Source of the DNA: Gammaproteobacteria bacterium
GTDB taxonomy: Bacteria > Pseudomonadota > Gammaproteobacteria > Steroidobacterales > Steroidobacteraceae
Direction: 5' to 3'
NCBI GenBank assembly: GCA_043752035.1
Contig: JAYUZE010000175.1
Span: forward strand, 1-52,409
Length of the DNA: 52,409 nucleotides
The notes beneath the pieces are model-generated. The model was not told the origin of the DNA. It ran no database searches and saw only the letters and a program-made list of their open reading frames with translations. A program made the position numbers and the translations under genes. Positions 9,306-18,224 of the stretch are shown here, one piece after another (positions within the stretch are counted from its first letter, which is position 1; every line of letters starts with the position of its first letter).

Positions 9306-10499
9306 ATGAACCTCAACAGTCTGCGGCAACTCGGCGCCATTACGCTGATGAACCTGCGCAATATGCCGAGTCGCCTCTCCACGTCGCTGGTAGCGGCTAT
9401 TGGCGTTGCCGGCGTGGTCACCATTCTGGTCGGTGTGCTGTCGATGAGCGAGGGCTTCCGCTCGGTGCTGCAATATGCCGGCCACGATGATGTGGCGATC
9501 GTGCTGCGCGGCGGATCCAATGACGAAATGGCTAGTGGCCTGGCGCTCGATCAGACACGGTTGATCGCCGACGCGCCGCAGGTGGTTCGTGCCGCCGACG
9601 GGCCGCTGGCCTCGCCCGAGCTCTATGTGATCATCGACGTGCCGATGCGCACCACCGGCACTTCAGCGAATGTCCCGCTGCGCGGCGTTGGCCCGCACGC
9701 GCCGGCGCTGCGCCAGGACTTTCACATGCTGAGCGGCCGCATGTTCGCACCCGGCAAGTTCGAGGTCATCGTCGGGCAGAGCGCCGCCCGCCAGTTTCGG
9801 GGCCTCACCACTGGCAGCACGGTGCACTGGGGCAGCACTGACTGGTATGTCGCCGGCATCTTTGCCGATCGCGGCAGCGTCGCCCAGGGTGAAGTGTGGA
9901 CCGACGCCACCGTCCTGCAGAATGCCTACAACCGCGGCACCAGTTATCAGTCGGTGCGCGTGCAGCTGCACAGTGCCGCGGATCTCGCGCCTTACACGGC
10001 CGCGTTGAAGGCGGATCCGCGCCTTACGGTACGGGTCATGTCCGAGCGCAGCTTCTATCAGGAGCAGTCGCGCATCATCACCACGATGATCGAGTCCCTG
10101 GGTACCATCATCGCGATGCTGATGGGCCTGGGCGCGATCTTTGCCGCGCTCAATACCATGTATTCCACGGTGGCTGCACGTACGCGCGAGATCGCCACGC
10201 TGCGCGCCATCGGCTTTGGCGCGACGCCCGTGATCACCTCGGTGCTCACCGAAGCCATGCTGCTCGGCCTGGCCGGCGGACTGCTCGGTTGCCTCGCGGC
10301 CTGGTTGGGCTTCAACGGCATCGAGACCTCGACAATGAACTGGGCCAGCTTCAGCCAGATCACCTTCGCCTTCAAGGTCACGCCGGCGCTGATGATCCGC
10401 GGACTGAAATACGGGCTGCTGCTGGCGCTGATCGGCGGCTTGTTGCCGGCAATACGCGCAGCGCGCCAGAGCGTGGTGGCCGGGCTGCGCGCCAATTAA
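9306..10499 (+). CDS. ABC transporter permease, FtsX/MacB-like (permease 2)
   Basis: 397 aa paralogue with the same architecture (ARTREIATLRAIGF). It starts 3 nt after permease 1. Confidence 0.85.
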   Translation: MNLNSLRQLGAITLMNLRNMPSRLSTSLVAAIGVAGVVTILVGVLSMSEGFRSVLQYAGHDDVAIVLRGGSNDEMASGLALDQTRLIADAPQVVRAADGPLASPELYVIIDVPMRTTGTSANVPLRGVGPHAPALRQDFHMLSGRMFAPGKFEVIVGQSAARQFRGLTTGSTVHWGSTDWYVAGIFADRGSVAQGEVWTDATVLQNAYNRGTSYQSVRVQLHSAADLAPYTAALKADPRLTVRVMSERSFYQEQSRIITTMIESLGTIIAMLMGLGAIFAALNTMYSTVAARTREIATLRAIGFGATPVITSVLTEAMLLGLAGGLLGCLAAWLGFNGIETSTMNWASFSQITFAFKVTPALMIRGLKYGLLLALIGGLLPAIRAARQSVVAGLRAN

Positions 10500-10504
10500 G
10501 GCAG

Positions 10505-11491
10505 CTAGCCCTGGTGGTTGGGAACCAGGTCGCCGATGTTCTGGTGGGTACCAGACGGCGCCTCGCGCAGCGCACGAAATACCATATTGGGCAGGCGCGT
10601 TTCATCATCGTTGCCGTTAGCGGCGCGCTGATCGATCAGCAGGATCGCCAGCTGCTGTCGCAGCGCCATCCACATTCGCGACTGACCCAGGCCGCGCACG
10701 AACACCACGTCGTGGGCAATGAAGGGCTCGGCACCGTGAGCGCTGGAGGCCAGCCAGAGTCCGAACCCACGTCCTGGATTGTCGCTGCCCGGCTGCTGCA
10801 GGCGCAGCGCCCAACCCGCGGGCAATACCTGAGTGCCTTCGAAGCGGCCATCGGCCATCACGAGCTCGGCCAGTCGCAGCCAGTCGCCGGTGCGCGCGAG
10901 GAAACAACACCCCCCCGGCGCAGGCGCATTCACCGCCGGCAACAGGATCTGCGCCGCCGCCGCGTTCAGGCGTTGCCAGAGGCTGCGCGACAGGAATTGC
11001 GGGTAGCTCATGCGGCTGGCCGTGGCAATGCCGGCCGCCAGCGAGTCGCCCGATGGCAGGCCCTGCGGATTGTTCATGCCGTAGTCGCGCACCGCGACGC
11101 CAGTTGCAAGCGCCGTCAGCAACTCTGCGAATGCACCGCCATCGACGTTGCTGCGCCCATCCATACCGGAACCATAGTATTCGACCACCAAGTGTGCGTG
11201 GCGCGTTACCAGCAATGCCTGCGTGCCGCTGCGGCGCGCGTAGTCCACGAGCTGCTGCACGCCCGTGGTGTCGAAGCCCTCGGATTCCGGTGCCGCGCGC
11301 GGCAGACCGCCGCCGTCGCCACCGGGCACTGCCACGCTGGCTGGAGTCGCTCTTGAGGTGTACCGCCAGTAACCGATGCCGACCGCGCCGATCAGGGCGA
11401 TCGATGCCCATAGCAACCAGCGCGAGCTCCACTTTATATGCAGGTCTGCCACGATCAGCTCCGCCGCGCCGCGCGACGCGCGCGGCCGCAA
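10505..11491 (-). CDS. Membrane-anchored beta-lactamase/transpeptidase-fold protein, apparently lacking the SxxK catalytic motif
   Basis: N-terminal TM helix, then a serine-hydrolase-family layout (GFDTTGVQQLVDYA..ALLVTRHAHLVVEYYG..GGCCFLARTGDWLRLAELVMADG..GFGLW). AFAE sits where SxxK is expected. The start is uncertain: the longest ORF overlaps modF by 37 nt, and GTG at 11453 is an alternative. Confidence 0.5.
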   Translation of the reverse strand: MRPRASRGAAELIVADLHIKWSSRWLLWASIALIGAVGIGYWRYTSRATPASVAVPGGDGGGLPRAAPESEGFDTTGVQQLVDYARRSGTQALLVTRHAHLVVEYYGSGMDGRSNVDGGAFAELLTALATGVAVRDYGMNNPQGLPSGDSLAAGIATASRMSYPQFLSRSLWQRLNAAAAQILLPAVNAPAPGGCCFLARTGDWLRLAELVMADGRFEGTQVLPAGWALRLQQPGSDNPGRGFGLWLASSAHGAEPFIAHDVVFVRGLGQSRMWMALRQQLAILLIDQRAANGNDDETRLPNMVFRALREAPSGTHQNIGDLVPNHQG

Positions 11492-12987
11492 TATCGTACT
11501 ACGCCGGAGCCGAGCTCGAGTTCCTGTGTCACCGCGCCTGGCCAGTCGTCGCGATGATGGGTCGCCATCACAATGGCCAGCTCACGCAGCGCGCGGCTGT
11601 CCACCAGCGCGCGCAAGGCCGTGCGTGTTGCGCTGTCCAGCCCGGTAAAGGGCTCATCCAGCAGTAACATTTGCGGGGCCGGTGCCAGCGCGCGCGCAAA
11701 CAGCACCCGCCGCGCCTGGCCGTAGGACAGGCTGCCGATTTCGCGCTGCGCGAGCGCCGCGGCACCGACGAGCCGCAGCGTGCGCAGCGCGCGCCGGTGC
11801 TCCGCAGCGCTGACTGGTGCATCCAGCATGAAGCTGCCGCGCAGGCCCGTTACTACAGTCTGCAGAGCACTGAGCTGGCGCGGCAGCGCGAGCTGCAATT
11901 CCGGCGAGACGCGTCCCAGTGTGCGCTGAAACTCATACAGCGGCGTACCCGGTACCACGCCGCGGCGCCACAGTTGCGTATTGGATGCCAGCGCATATTC
12001 GCCGTAGAGCGCACCCAGTAACGTGGACTTGCCGCTGCCATTGCCACCGTGCACGACCACGCGCTCACCGCTGCCGATCTCGAGCGACAGGCCGCGCAGC
12101 ACTCTGCGCCCCTCACGCCATAGCGTAGCCTTGCGCAGCCGCAGCAATGGCGCCGCCGCGCCCGATGCCGCAGGGTTCGGCGACGGCGCGTGTGCACGCG
12201 ACGCGCGCGCTGGCGCTCGTCGCAGCGGCCAGGGCATGGTGCGCAGCCGTCCATCTTTCAGCAATGCGCGATGGGTGATGCCCGCCGGCGCTTCCTCGAG
12301 TCGATGCGTCGCGTAGACGATCGGCAGCGGCGAGTCGTGCAAGCGCCGCAGCACCCGCAGAAAACGCTGGCGATTTTTGGCATCCAGGCCGTTGAGCGGC
12401 TCGTCGAGCAGCAGCAACCGCGGCTGCCACGCCAGTGCGCGCGCCAGCAGTACCAGGCGACGCTCACCGTAGGACAGCGTCAGAAACCGCCGCTGTGCCA
12501 GCACGGCCAGGCCCAACCCCCGCAGCAGCGCCAGCATTTGCGCACGCATGGCGCTCGACAGCGGCGCCAGCGGAATGTCAGTGCGTTGCCTGCCGGTGCC
12601 TACCACGCTCAGTACGCGTTGATTCCAATGATAGTGCTCATAGCGATCCTGGCGTTCCGCGCCCAGATAGGCGATGTGCTCGCGCACCAGCCACGGTTCG
12701 CTGAACTGCTCGCGATTCAAAGTGTAAACGCGCTGTGCGTTGCGGCCGGGCTGCGGCCACACATCACCGGCCAGTAGCTTCAGCAGCTGGGTCTTGCCTG
12801 CGCCATTGTTCCCCTGCAGCAGCCAGCACTCACCAGGGCGCAGCTGCCAATGCAAGTCGCGCAGCACGCGACGCCCGCCGCGCCACAAGGAGATGTGCCT
12901 GAGTTCGACTTCGAGAAACGCCGCGACGCTACGCTGGCTTGCGGTCACTGTGCGTCTGCGCTTGGCGACATTGAGGTCGATGGGCAT
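11455..12987 (-). CDS. modF: ModF-like soluble ABC ATPase with two tandem nucleotide-binding domains
   Basis: Two full ABC cassettes are present (GNNGAGKTQ / LSYGERRLVLLARAL / LLLLDEPLNGLD and GGNGSGKST / LSYGQARRVLFARAL / LLLLDEPFTGLD). There is no TM domain. Confidence 0.8.
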   Translation of the reverse strand: MPIDLNVAKRRRTVTASQRSVAAFLEVELRHISLWRGGRRVLRDLHWQLRPGECWLLQGNNGAGKTQLLKLLAGDVWPQPGRNAQRVYTLNREQFSEPWLVREHIAYLGAERQDRYEHYHWNQRVLSVVGTGRQRTDIPLAPLSSAMRAQMLALLRGLGLAVLAQRRFLTLSYGERRLVLLARALAWQPRLLLLDEPLNGLDAKNRQRFLRVLRRLHDSPLPIVYATHRLEEAPAGITHRALLKDGRLRTMPWPLRRAPARASRAHAPSPNPAASGAAAPLLRLRKATLWREGRRVLRGLSLEIGSGERVVVHGGNGSGKSTLLGALYGEYALASNTQLWRRGVVPGTPLYEFQRTLGRVSPELQLALPRQLSALQTVVTGLRGSFMLDAPVSAAEHRRALRTLRLVGAAALAQREIGSLSYGQARRVLFARALAPAPQMLLLDEPFTGLDSATRTALRALVDSRALRELAIVMATHHRDDWPGAVTQELELGSGVVRYCGRARRAARRS

Positions 12988-13046
12988 TGCGCTCCTGCGG
13001 CGATAGGGTAGATTGCGCAGCCTGGGTAATCAAGGAGCGCGGGAGC

Positions 13047-13724
13047 ATGAATCACAACACATTGCGACGATGCGTGGCACAACTCAGCGGCGCCGCGCTC
13101 GCGCTCGCCTTCGCGCTGAGCGCGTGCACTCAGGCGCCAGCACCGGCCGTGAGCACGCCCGCGCCGGAAGCTGCGCCAGCAGCAGCCGCAATGCAGCCTG
13201 CAGCAGCAGTTGCACCTGCCGCGCCCGCGGCGGAAGCAGCGCCGGCAGCGGCACCACAACCTGTGGTACACAAGAGCCGTGCGCCCAAGCACGGGCAGCG
13301 CCATGCCGCGACATCAGCTGCCGACAAAGTTGCAGCCAGCAGCAGCAACCCTGAACCGACAGCGGCACCTGCGCGCCAGCCGATCACGGTTTGTACGACC
13401 TGCGGAATTATCACTGCGATCACGCCGGTGAAAACTGCAGGCAAGGGCACGGCGCTAGGCGTAGTCGCCGGTGGCCTGGCCGGGCTGATCGTCGGCAATC
13501 AGATCGGCGGCGGCACGGGCAAGACCATCGCCAAGGTGGCCGGCGCGGCCGGCGGTGCGTACGTCGGGAACAAGATCGAGAAGAGAGTTCGTGCGGAAAT
13601 CAGCTACGAAGTGAAGCTCAGGCTCGATGACGGCACTGAAACCACCGTGACCCAGGCTACCGAACCGAAACTGGCCGTAGGCGCCGCCGTCAGGATCGTC
13701 GACGGCAACGTAGTGGCGAAGTAG
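13047..13724 (+). CDS. Glycine-zipper (17 kDa antigen/SlyB-like) outer-membrane lipoprotein with an Ala/Pro-rich linker
   Basis: Lipobox LSAC after the signal peptide MNHNTLRRCVAQLSGAALALAFA. Glycine zipper GVVAGGLAGLIVGNQIGGGTGKTIAKVAGAAGGAYVG. AAGGAG lies 9 nt upstream of the ATG at 13047. Confidence 0.8.
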   Translation: MNHNTLRRCVAQLSGAALALAFALSACTQAPAPAVSTPAPEAAPAAAAMQPAAAVAPAAPAAEAAPAAAPQPVVHKSRAPKHGQRHAATSAADKVAASSSNPEPTAAPARQPITVCTTCGIITAITPVKTAGKGTALGVVAGGLAGLIVGNQIGGGTGKTIAKVAGAAGGAYVGNKIEKRVRAEISYEVKLRLDDGTETTVTQATEPKLAVGAAVRIVDGNVVAK

Positions 13725-13726
13725 GC

Positions 13727-14719
13727 TCAACGGTCGGGGCGCATCCGCAGCTGCAGCTCGTGGCGGCGATAGTCGATGATCAGTGTATCGAGCAGGCCGA
13801 TCACGTCCATGCCGATCAGCAATGCCGGCTCGTCGGTGAGCTGCCAGTGCTTGAAGATATTCATGTCGGCGAAGGTCATGTGGTCGCTGCGAATCTCCAG
13901 CTTGCCGAAGGTGATCGGCGGCGGTGCGTAGCCCTCGCCCAGCTGCACGTCCCGTGTGACGCCTTCTATTTCATCGACGGTGGCGTGACGCGCGGAGCGG
14001 CGGCTGATGGCGCGTTTGAGGGCGAGATTCGCCACGGTTGCCTGGCCACCGGTGTCGATGATCGCCTTGCAATGCACGCTGCCCACCTCGGCATCGACCA
14101 CCAGCAGCCGGCCGCGCTCGAACTTGAAGGGAATCATTTCGAAACCCGAGGGCGCGAGCTGATTGTGCGAGCGCGCGATCACGATCAGGTCGCGCTTGAA
14201 GTCGATGAACACCCGCCGGTCTGCCAGGCCCTCGGTGCCAAGTATGCCTTCCGCCCCGCCGAGCGCATCAGGCAGTATCGGCAGGCGCGAAGTCTTGATC
14301 ATCACGTCGCCGACCAGCAATGAATCCACATGAATCGTCGATACTGGCGTAGAGCCGGTTACACCGTGCAGCATCAGGCGCGAAGAGCCATCTGGGGTCA
14401 GATGCAGGGCATCGGCCACGCTGGCAACCACGCCCGAGCGGTTCGCGCCGGTGTCGAGCACCATGCGGAATGGACCCTTGTTGTTGATGTATACCGGCGC
14501 CCAGATGCGACCGATGCGATCGCGGCGCGTCGGCGCCACATAGCGCGGCTCAGGCGCCTGCACCACGATTTCTTCCAGCACCTGGGAATCCGCACTGCTG
14601 GCAGGCTCATCGGCGGCCACCACCACCGGCGCCCAGAGTATCGGCGCCAGCGCGCACAGCAGCGCGGCAGTACCGACTCTGCCAAAAACGCGGGAGCGAT
14701 GCTGGGTGTTGCTGGTCAT
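13727..14719 (-). CDS. Secreted two-domain retropepsin-like (clan AA) aspartic protease
   Basis: Two retropepsin-type modules occur in one chain, each with its own catalytic triplet (MVLDTGANRS and AIIDTGGQAT). The signal peptide follows MTSNTQHRS. Start taken at ATG 14719 (M29 of the track ORF). Confidence 0.7.
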   Translation of the reverse strand: MTSNTQHRSRVFGRVGTAALLCALAPILWAPVVVAADEPASSADSQVLEEIVVQAPEPRYVAPTRRDRIGRIWAPVYINNKGPFRMVLDTGANRSGVVASVADALHLTPDGSSRLMLHGVTGSTPVSTIHVDSLLVGDVMIKTSRLPILPDALGGAEGILGTEGLADRRVFIDFKRDLIVIARSHNQLAPSGFEMIPFKFERGRLLVVDAEVGSVHCKAIIDTGGQATVANLALKRAISRRSARHATVDEIEGVTRDVQLGEGYAPPPITFGKLEIRSDHMTFADMNIFKHWQLTDEPALLIGMDVIGLLDTLIIDYRRHELQLRMRPDR

Positions 14720-14850
14720 ATATGACGGGCTCGCGCGGTTGCTCGACGTTGCCGATGCCTGGCGCGGCCGATTATAGGCAACGTGGCGCGGCGCTGCCGA
14801 CAATAAATCGTGGCCTGGTCGATGAACTGCGCGACGGGCAGCGGTTACAA

Positions 14851-16149
14851 TTGCGCACGACCAAGCAGTGCCGCTCAGCGCGCGGTTCCCGGCTCAGCGG
14901 CGTCGGCTTGGCGCTGCTGCTGGGCGTTGCCGCTGGGCGCGCCGCCAGCGCCGCTGACGCTGACGCTGCTCACGAAGGCAGCGTGGATATGGCCAGCAGC
15001 GGCAGGCTCGGCGAGTACCCGATGATGCGCGACGCTTCCGGCACCTCCTGGCAACCCGACAGCGCGCTGATGTCCGGCGCCCACGGCCAGCTGGGTAACT
15101 GGTCCACGATGCTGCACGGCTACCTCTACGCGATCACTGATCATCAGGGTGGGCCGCGCGGTGCACAACTCAATTTCAGCGAGAGCATGCCGATGCTGAT
15201 GGCCCAGCGCAATGCCGACACTGTACGCGTGGCGCTCAAGGCGATGCAGTCGCTCGACCCACTGATGGGCAAGCGCGGCTATCCGCTGCTGTTGCAGACC
15301 GGCGAGAACGCCGATGGCATCACGCCGCTGATCGACCGGCAGCATCCGCATGACCTGTTTATGGAACTGGCGGCGAGTGCCAACCTGCCCCTGAGCGAAC
15401 GCACCTCGGCTTTCGTATACGCAGGGTATCCGGGCGAGCCCGCGCTGGGGCCGCCGACTTTCATGCATCGTTATTCGGCCTACGGCAAGCCCGAAGCGCC
15501 GATCAGCCACCATTGGCTGGATTCCTCGCACACCAGCTACGGCGTGTTCACCAGCGGACTGGTATCGGGCCACTGGAAAACCGAGCTCTCGGCCTTCAAT
15601 GGTCGCGAGCCCGATCCGTTCCGTTGGAACCTCGATCCGCTGCGCATTGATTCCTGGTCGGGGCGGTTGAGCTGGAATCTGCTGTCTTCATTGGCGCTGC
15701 AGCTCAGCTATGGCGCCATTCATTCTCCCGAAGCGCTGGAGCCTGAAGTCAACGTACGTCGCTCCACGATTTCGGCGGTACTCGACCGGCCGCTCTCGCC
15801 TGGTCACTGGCAGACGACGCTGGCATGGGGACAAAACCGCGTCGCGCCCGGTGCGGCTTCTGCGGCATGATGGCTGGAAGGCACCCTGGGCTACGTGCAT
15901 CACATCTTCTATGCGCGCGCCGAGAGCGTCGGCAAGAATGAACTCGTGGTGGCTGGCGCGCTGAGCGGCCAGTTCTACACCGTGAGAAAATTCAGTGCCG
16001 GCTATCTGTACGAATCCCGGCTGGCGCGCCATCTGAACCTGGGTTTCGGCGCCTTGGTGAGTGCCTACGCGCTGCCCACAGCGCTCGAAAGCGTATACGG
16101 CTCGCACCCGAGCTCGTATATGCTCTACACGCGCTTGAACCTGCGATAG
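14851..16149 (+). pseudogene. Putative outer-membrane beta-barrel protein interrupted by one in-frame TGA (15868-15870)
   Basis: Track ORFs 14722-15870 and 15895-16149 share one frame and are separated only by a TGA (..APGAASAA*WLEGTLGYVHHIFYARAE..). The signal peptide is RSARGSRLSGVGLALLLGVAAGRAASA. The start is uncertain (TTG 14851 or ATG 14755). Family not recognised. Confidence 0.55.
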
Positions 16150-16196
16150 CCGCTGGCACCCGCGATGTAACCACCGGCTGCGACGCCCAGGAGCAA

Positions 16197-18215
16197 TCAG
16201 CTGGTCGCGGCTTCGGTACGAAAATCAACCAGCTCGCTGCCCTCCACCACCTGCTCGCCCACCGCTACATTGAAAGCCACGCACACGCCATCCGCTGGGG
16301 CACTGAAGGTCTGCTCCATTTTCATCGCTTCCAGCACCAGCAGCGGCTCGCCCTTTCTGACCCTGGCACCCGGCTGCACCAGCAGCGCCACGACCCGGCC
16401 GGGCATCAGCGCGCGCACGCCACCTTCCACGGCCATGGCTTCGCCCACATGCGCGAGTGGATCGAGGCGCTCGAAACTGTAAGAGTCGCCTTGGGCAAAG
16501 AGCTCGCAACGCGTATCGCGGATCACGACGTCAGCGTGGTAGTCTCGATCGCCCACAGTGGCGCGCACCGTGTTGTCGCAGATCAGGGCCAATCTGGCAG
16601 GGCGCGCGCTCTCAGCGTCGGCAACGGCGCCCTCAGCAGTCACTGTCAGCAGGTAACCCCCGGCTGCCAATTGCAGATGCACACTGCGCCGCTCGCCCAA
16701 CGTTGCAAACTGCAGTCTGCGTTCAGCCGGTGCATTGAGCCGCCATCCTTCGACACTGTCCCATACTGAACCGGCGGCGACCGCTACCGCCGCCTGACGC
16801 TCACGCTCGATGATATACATCGCGGCGAGGGCGAGCATATCGTCGGGCACCGGCGCCGCCGGCGGGAACAGTGCCGCGTGTTCGCGTTCGATCAGTGCGG
16901 TGTCGAGATCGGCATTTGCAAAAGCGGTGCTCGCCACGAGTCGCGAGAGGAACTGCACGTTATTGCCAAGGCCGGCGATGCGAAAGTCAGCCAGCGCTCC
17001 GCTCAGGCGCGCGCGCGCTTGTTCACGCGTCTCGCCCCAGGCAATCAGCTTGGCGATCATCGGATCGTAGTAAGGCGAGATCGCATCGCCCTGCACCACC
17101 CCGGAATCGATACGGACGAATTCACCACTCGGCGGCGTTGCCAGGTATCCGAGCGCGCCTATGCAGGGCAGGAAATCGCGCTGCGGATCTTCGGCGTAGA
17201 TGCGCGCCTCGATGGCATGGCCGCGTATGGTGAGTTGTTCCTGGCGCAGCGGCAAGGGCTCGCCACCCGCCACCCGCAGCTGCCACTCCACGAGGTCGAG
17301 CCCGGTGATCATTTCGGTCACCGGATGCTCTACCTGCAGCCGCGTATTCATCTCCATGAAGTAGAACTGACCGTCGGGCCCGGCAATGAATTCCACGGTG
17401 CCGGCGCCGACATAGCCCACGGCCTGCGCCGCAGCCAGCGCCGCAGCACCCATCTGCGCACGACGCGCGCTCTCCATGCCGGGGGCCGGAGCCTCCTCCA
17501 GCACCTTCTGGTGCCGACGCTGCACCGAACAGTCGCGCTCGAACAAATGCACAGCGTTGCCGTGGTTGTCGGCAAAGATCTGCATTTCGATGTGTCGAGG
17601 CTGCAGCAGGTATTTCTCGACCAGCACACGGTCATCGCCGAAGCTCGCAGCTGCTTCGCGCTGACATGAGGCCAGGGCCGCAGCGAAATCGGCGGCGCGC
17701 TCGACCCGGCGCATGCCCTTGCCACCGCCTCCGGCACTGGCCTTGATCAACACCGGATAGCCGATCTGATCGGCTTCGCGCTGCAAGGCCTGCGCTGATT
17801 GTTCCGCACCGTGAAACCCCGGCACCAGTGGTACGCCGGCCCGCTGCATCAGCGCCTTGGCTGCGGACTTCGAGCCCATCGCGCGGATGGCCGCGGGCGG
17901 CGGACCGATGAATACCAGCCCCGCGGCGGCGCAGTCGTCGGCGAACTGTGCGTTCTCTGACAGGAACCCGTAACCCGGATGAATCGCTTCGGCGCCAAGC
18001 TTGCGGGCTGCCGCAATGATGACATCGCCGCGCAGATAGCTTTCCCTGGCCGGCGCCGGCCCGATGCGCATCGCCTCTTCGGCCTGGCGTACGTGTAAGG
18101 CTCCGGCATCCGCATCGGAGTACACGGCAACGGTGGCGACCCCGAGGCGCCTGGCCGTGCGTTGTATGCGGCAGGCGATTTCACCGCGATTGGCGATCAG
18201 GATTTTCTTGAACAT
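16197..18215 (-). CDS. mccA: 3-methylcrotonyl-CoA carboxylase alpha subunit (biotin carboxylase plus BCCP domain)
   Basis: MFKKILIANRGEIACRI biotin-carboxylase N-terminus, an ATP-grasp region, and a C-terminal biotinyl motif LEAMKME. It is adjacent to the carboxyltransferase subunit and ivd. Confidence 0.9.
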   Translation of the reverse strand: MFKKILIANRGEIACRIQRTARRLGVATVAVYSDADAGALHVRQAEEAMRIGPAPARESYLRGDVIIAAARKLGAEAIHPGYGFLSENAQFADDCAAAGLVFIGPPPAAIRAMGSKSAAKALMQRAGVPLVPGFHGAEQSAQALQREADQIGYPVLIKASAGGGGKGMRRVERAADFAAALASCQREAAASFGDDRVLVEKYLLQPRHIEMQIFADNHGNAVHLFERDCSVQRRHQKVLEEAPAPGMESARRAQMGAAALAAAQAVGYVGAGTVEFIAGPDGQFYFMEMNTRLQVEHPVTEMITGLDLVEWQLRVAGGEPLPLRQEQLTIRGHAIEARIYAEDPQRDFLPCIGALGYLATPPSGEFVRIDSGVVQGDAISPYYDPMIAKLIAWGETREQARARLSGALADFRIAGLGNNVQFLSRLVASTAFANADLDTALIEREHAALFPPAAPVPDDMLALAAMYIIERERQAAVAVAAGSVWDSVEGWRLNAPAERRLQFATLGERRSVHLQLAAGGYLLTVTAEGAVADAESARPARLALICDNTVRATVGDRDYHADVVIRDTRCELFAQGDSYSFERLDPLAHVGEAMAVEGGVRALMPGRVVALLVQPGARVRKGEPLLVLEAMKMEQTFSAPADGVCVAFNVAVGEQVVEGSELVDFRTEAATS

Positions 18216-18224
18216 GGCTCAGGC

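Noticed and set aside
13130-13330. An Ala/Pro-rich repetitive stretch lies in the lipoprotein gene and could be a tandem-repeat or contingency locus.
   Set aside because: It is low-complexity coding sequence for a flexible AP-rich linker. No exact nucleotide tandem repeat unit could be discerned.
15868-15870. The in-frame TGA in the outer-membrane barrel gene, and the one at 48838-48840, could encode selenocysteine or reflect an alternative genetic code.
   Set aside because: - TGA clearly terminates many well-defined genes in this window, including the TBDR at 3191, prpC and GH30.
- I see no SECIS-like hairpin immediately downstream.
- Exported barrel proteins are not known selenoproteins.
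- A pseudogene, a sequencing error or read-through is more parsimonious.
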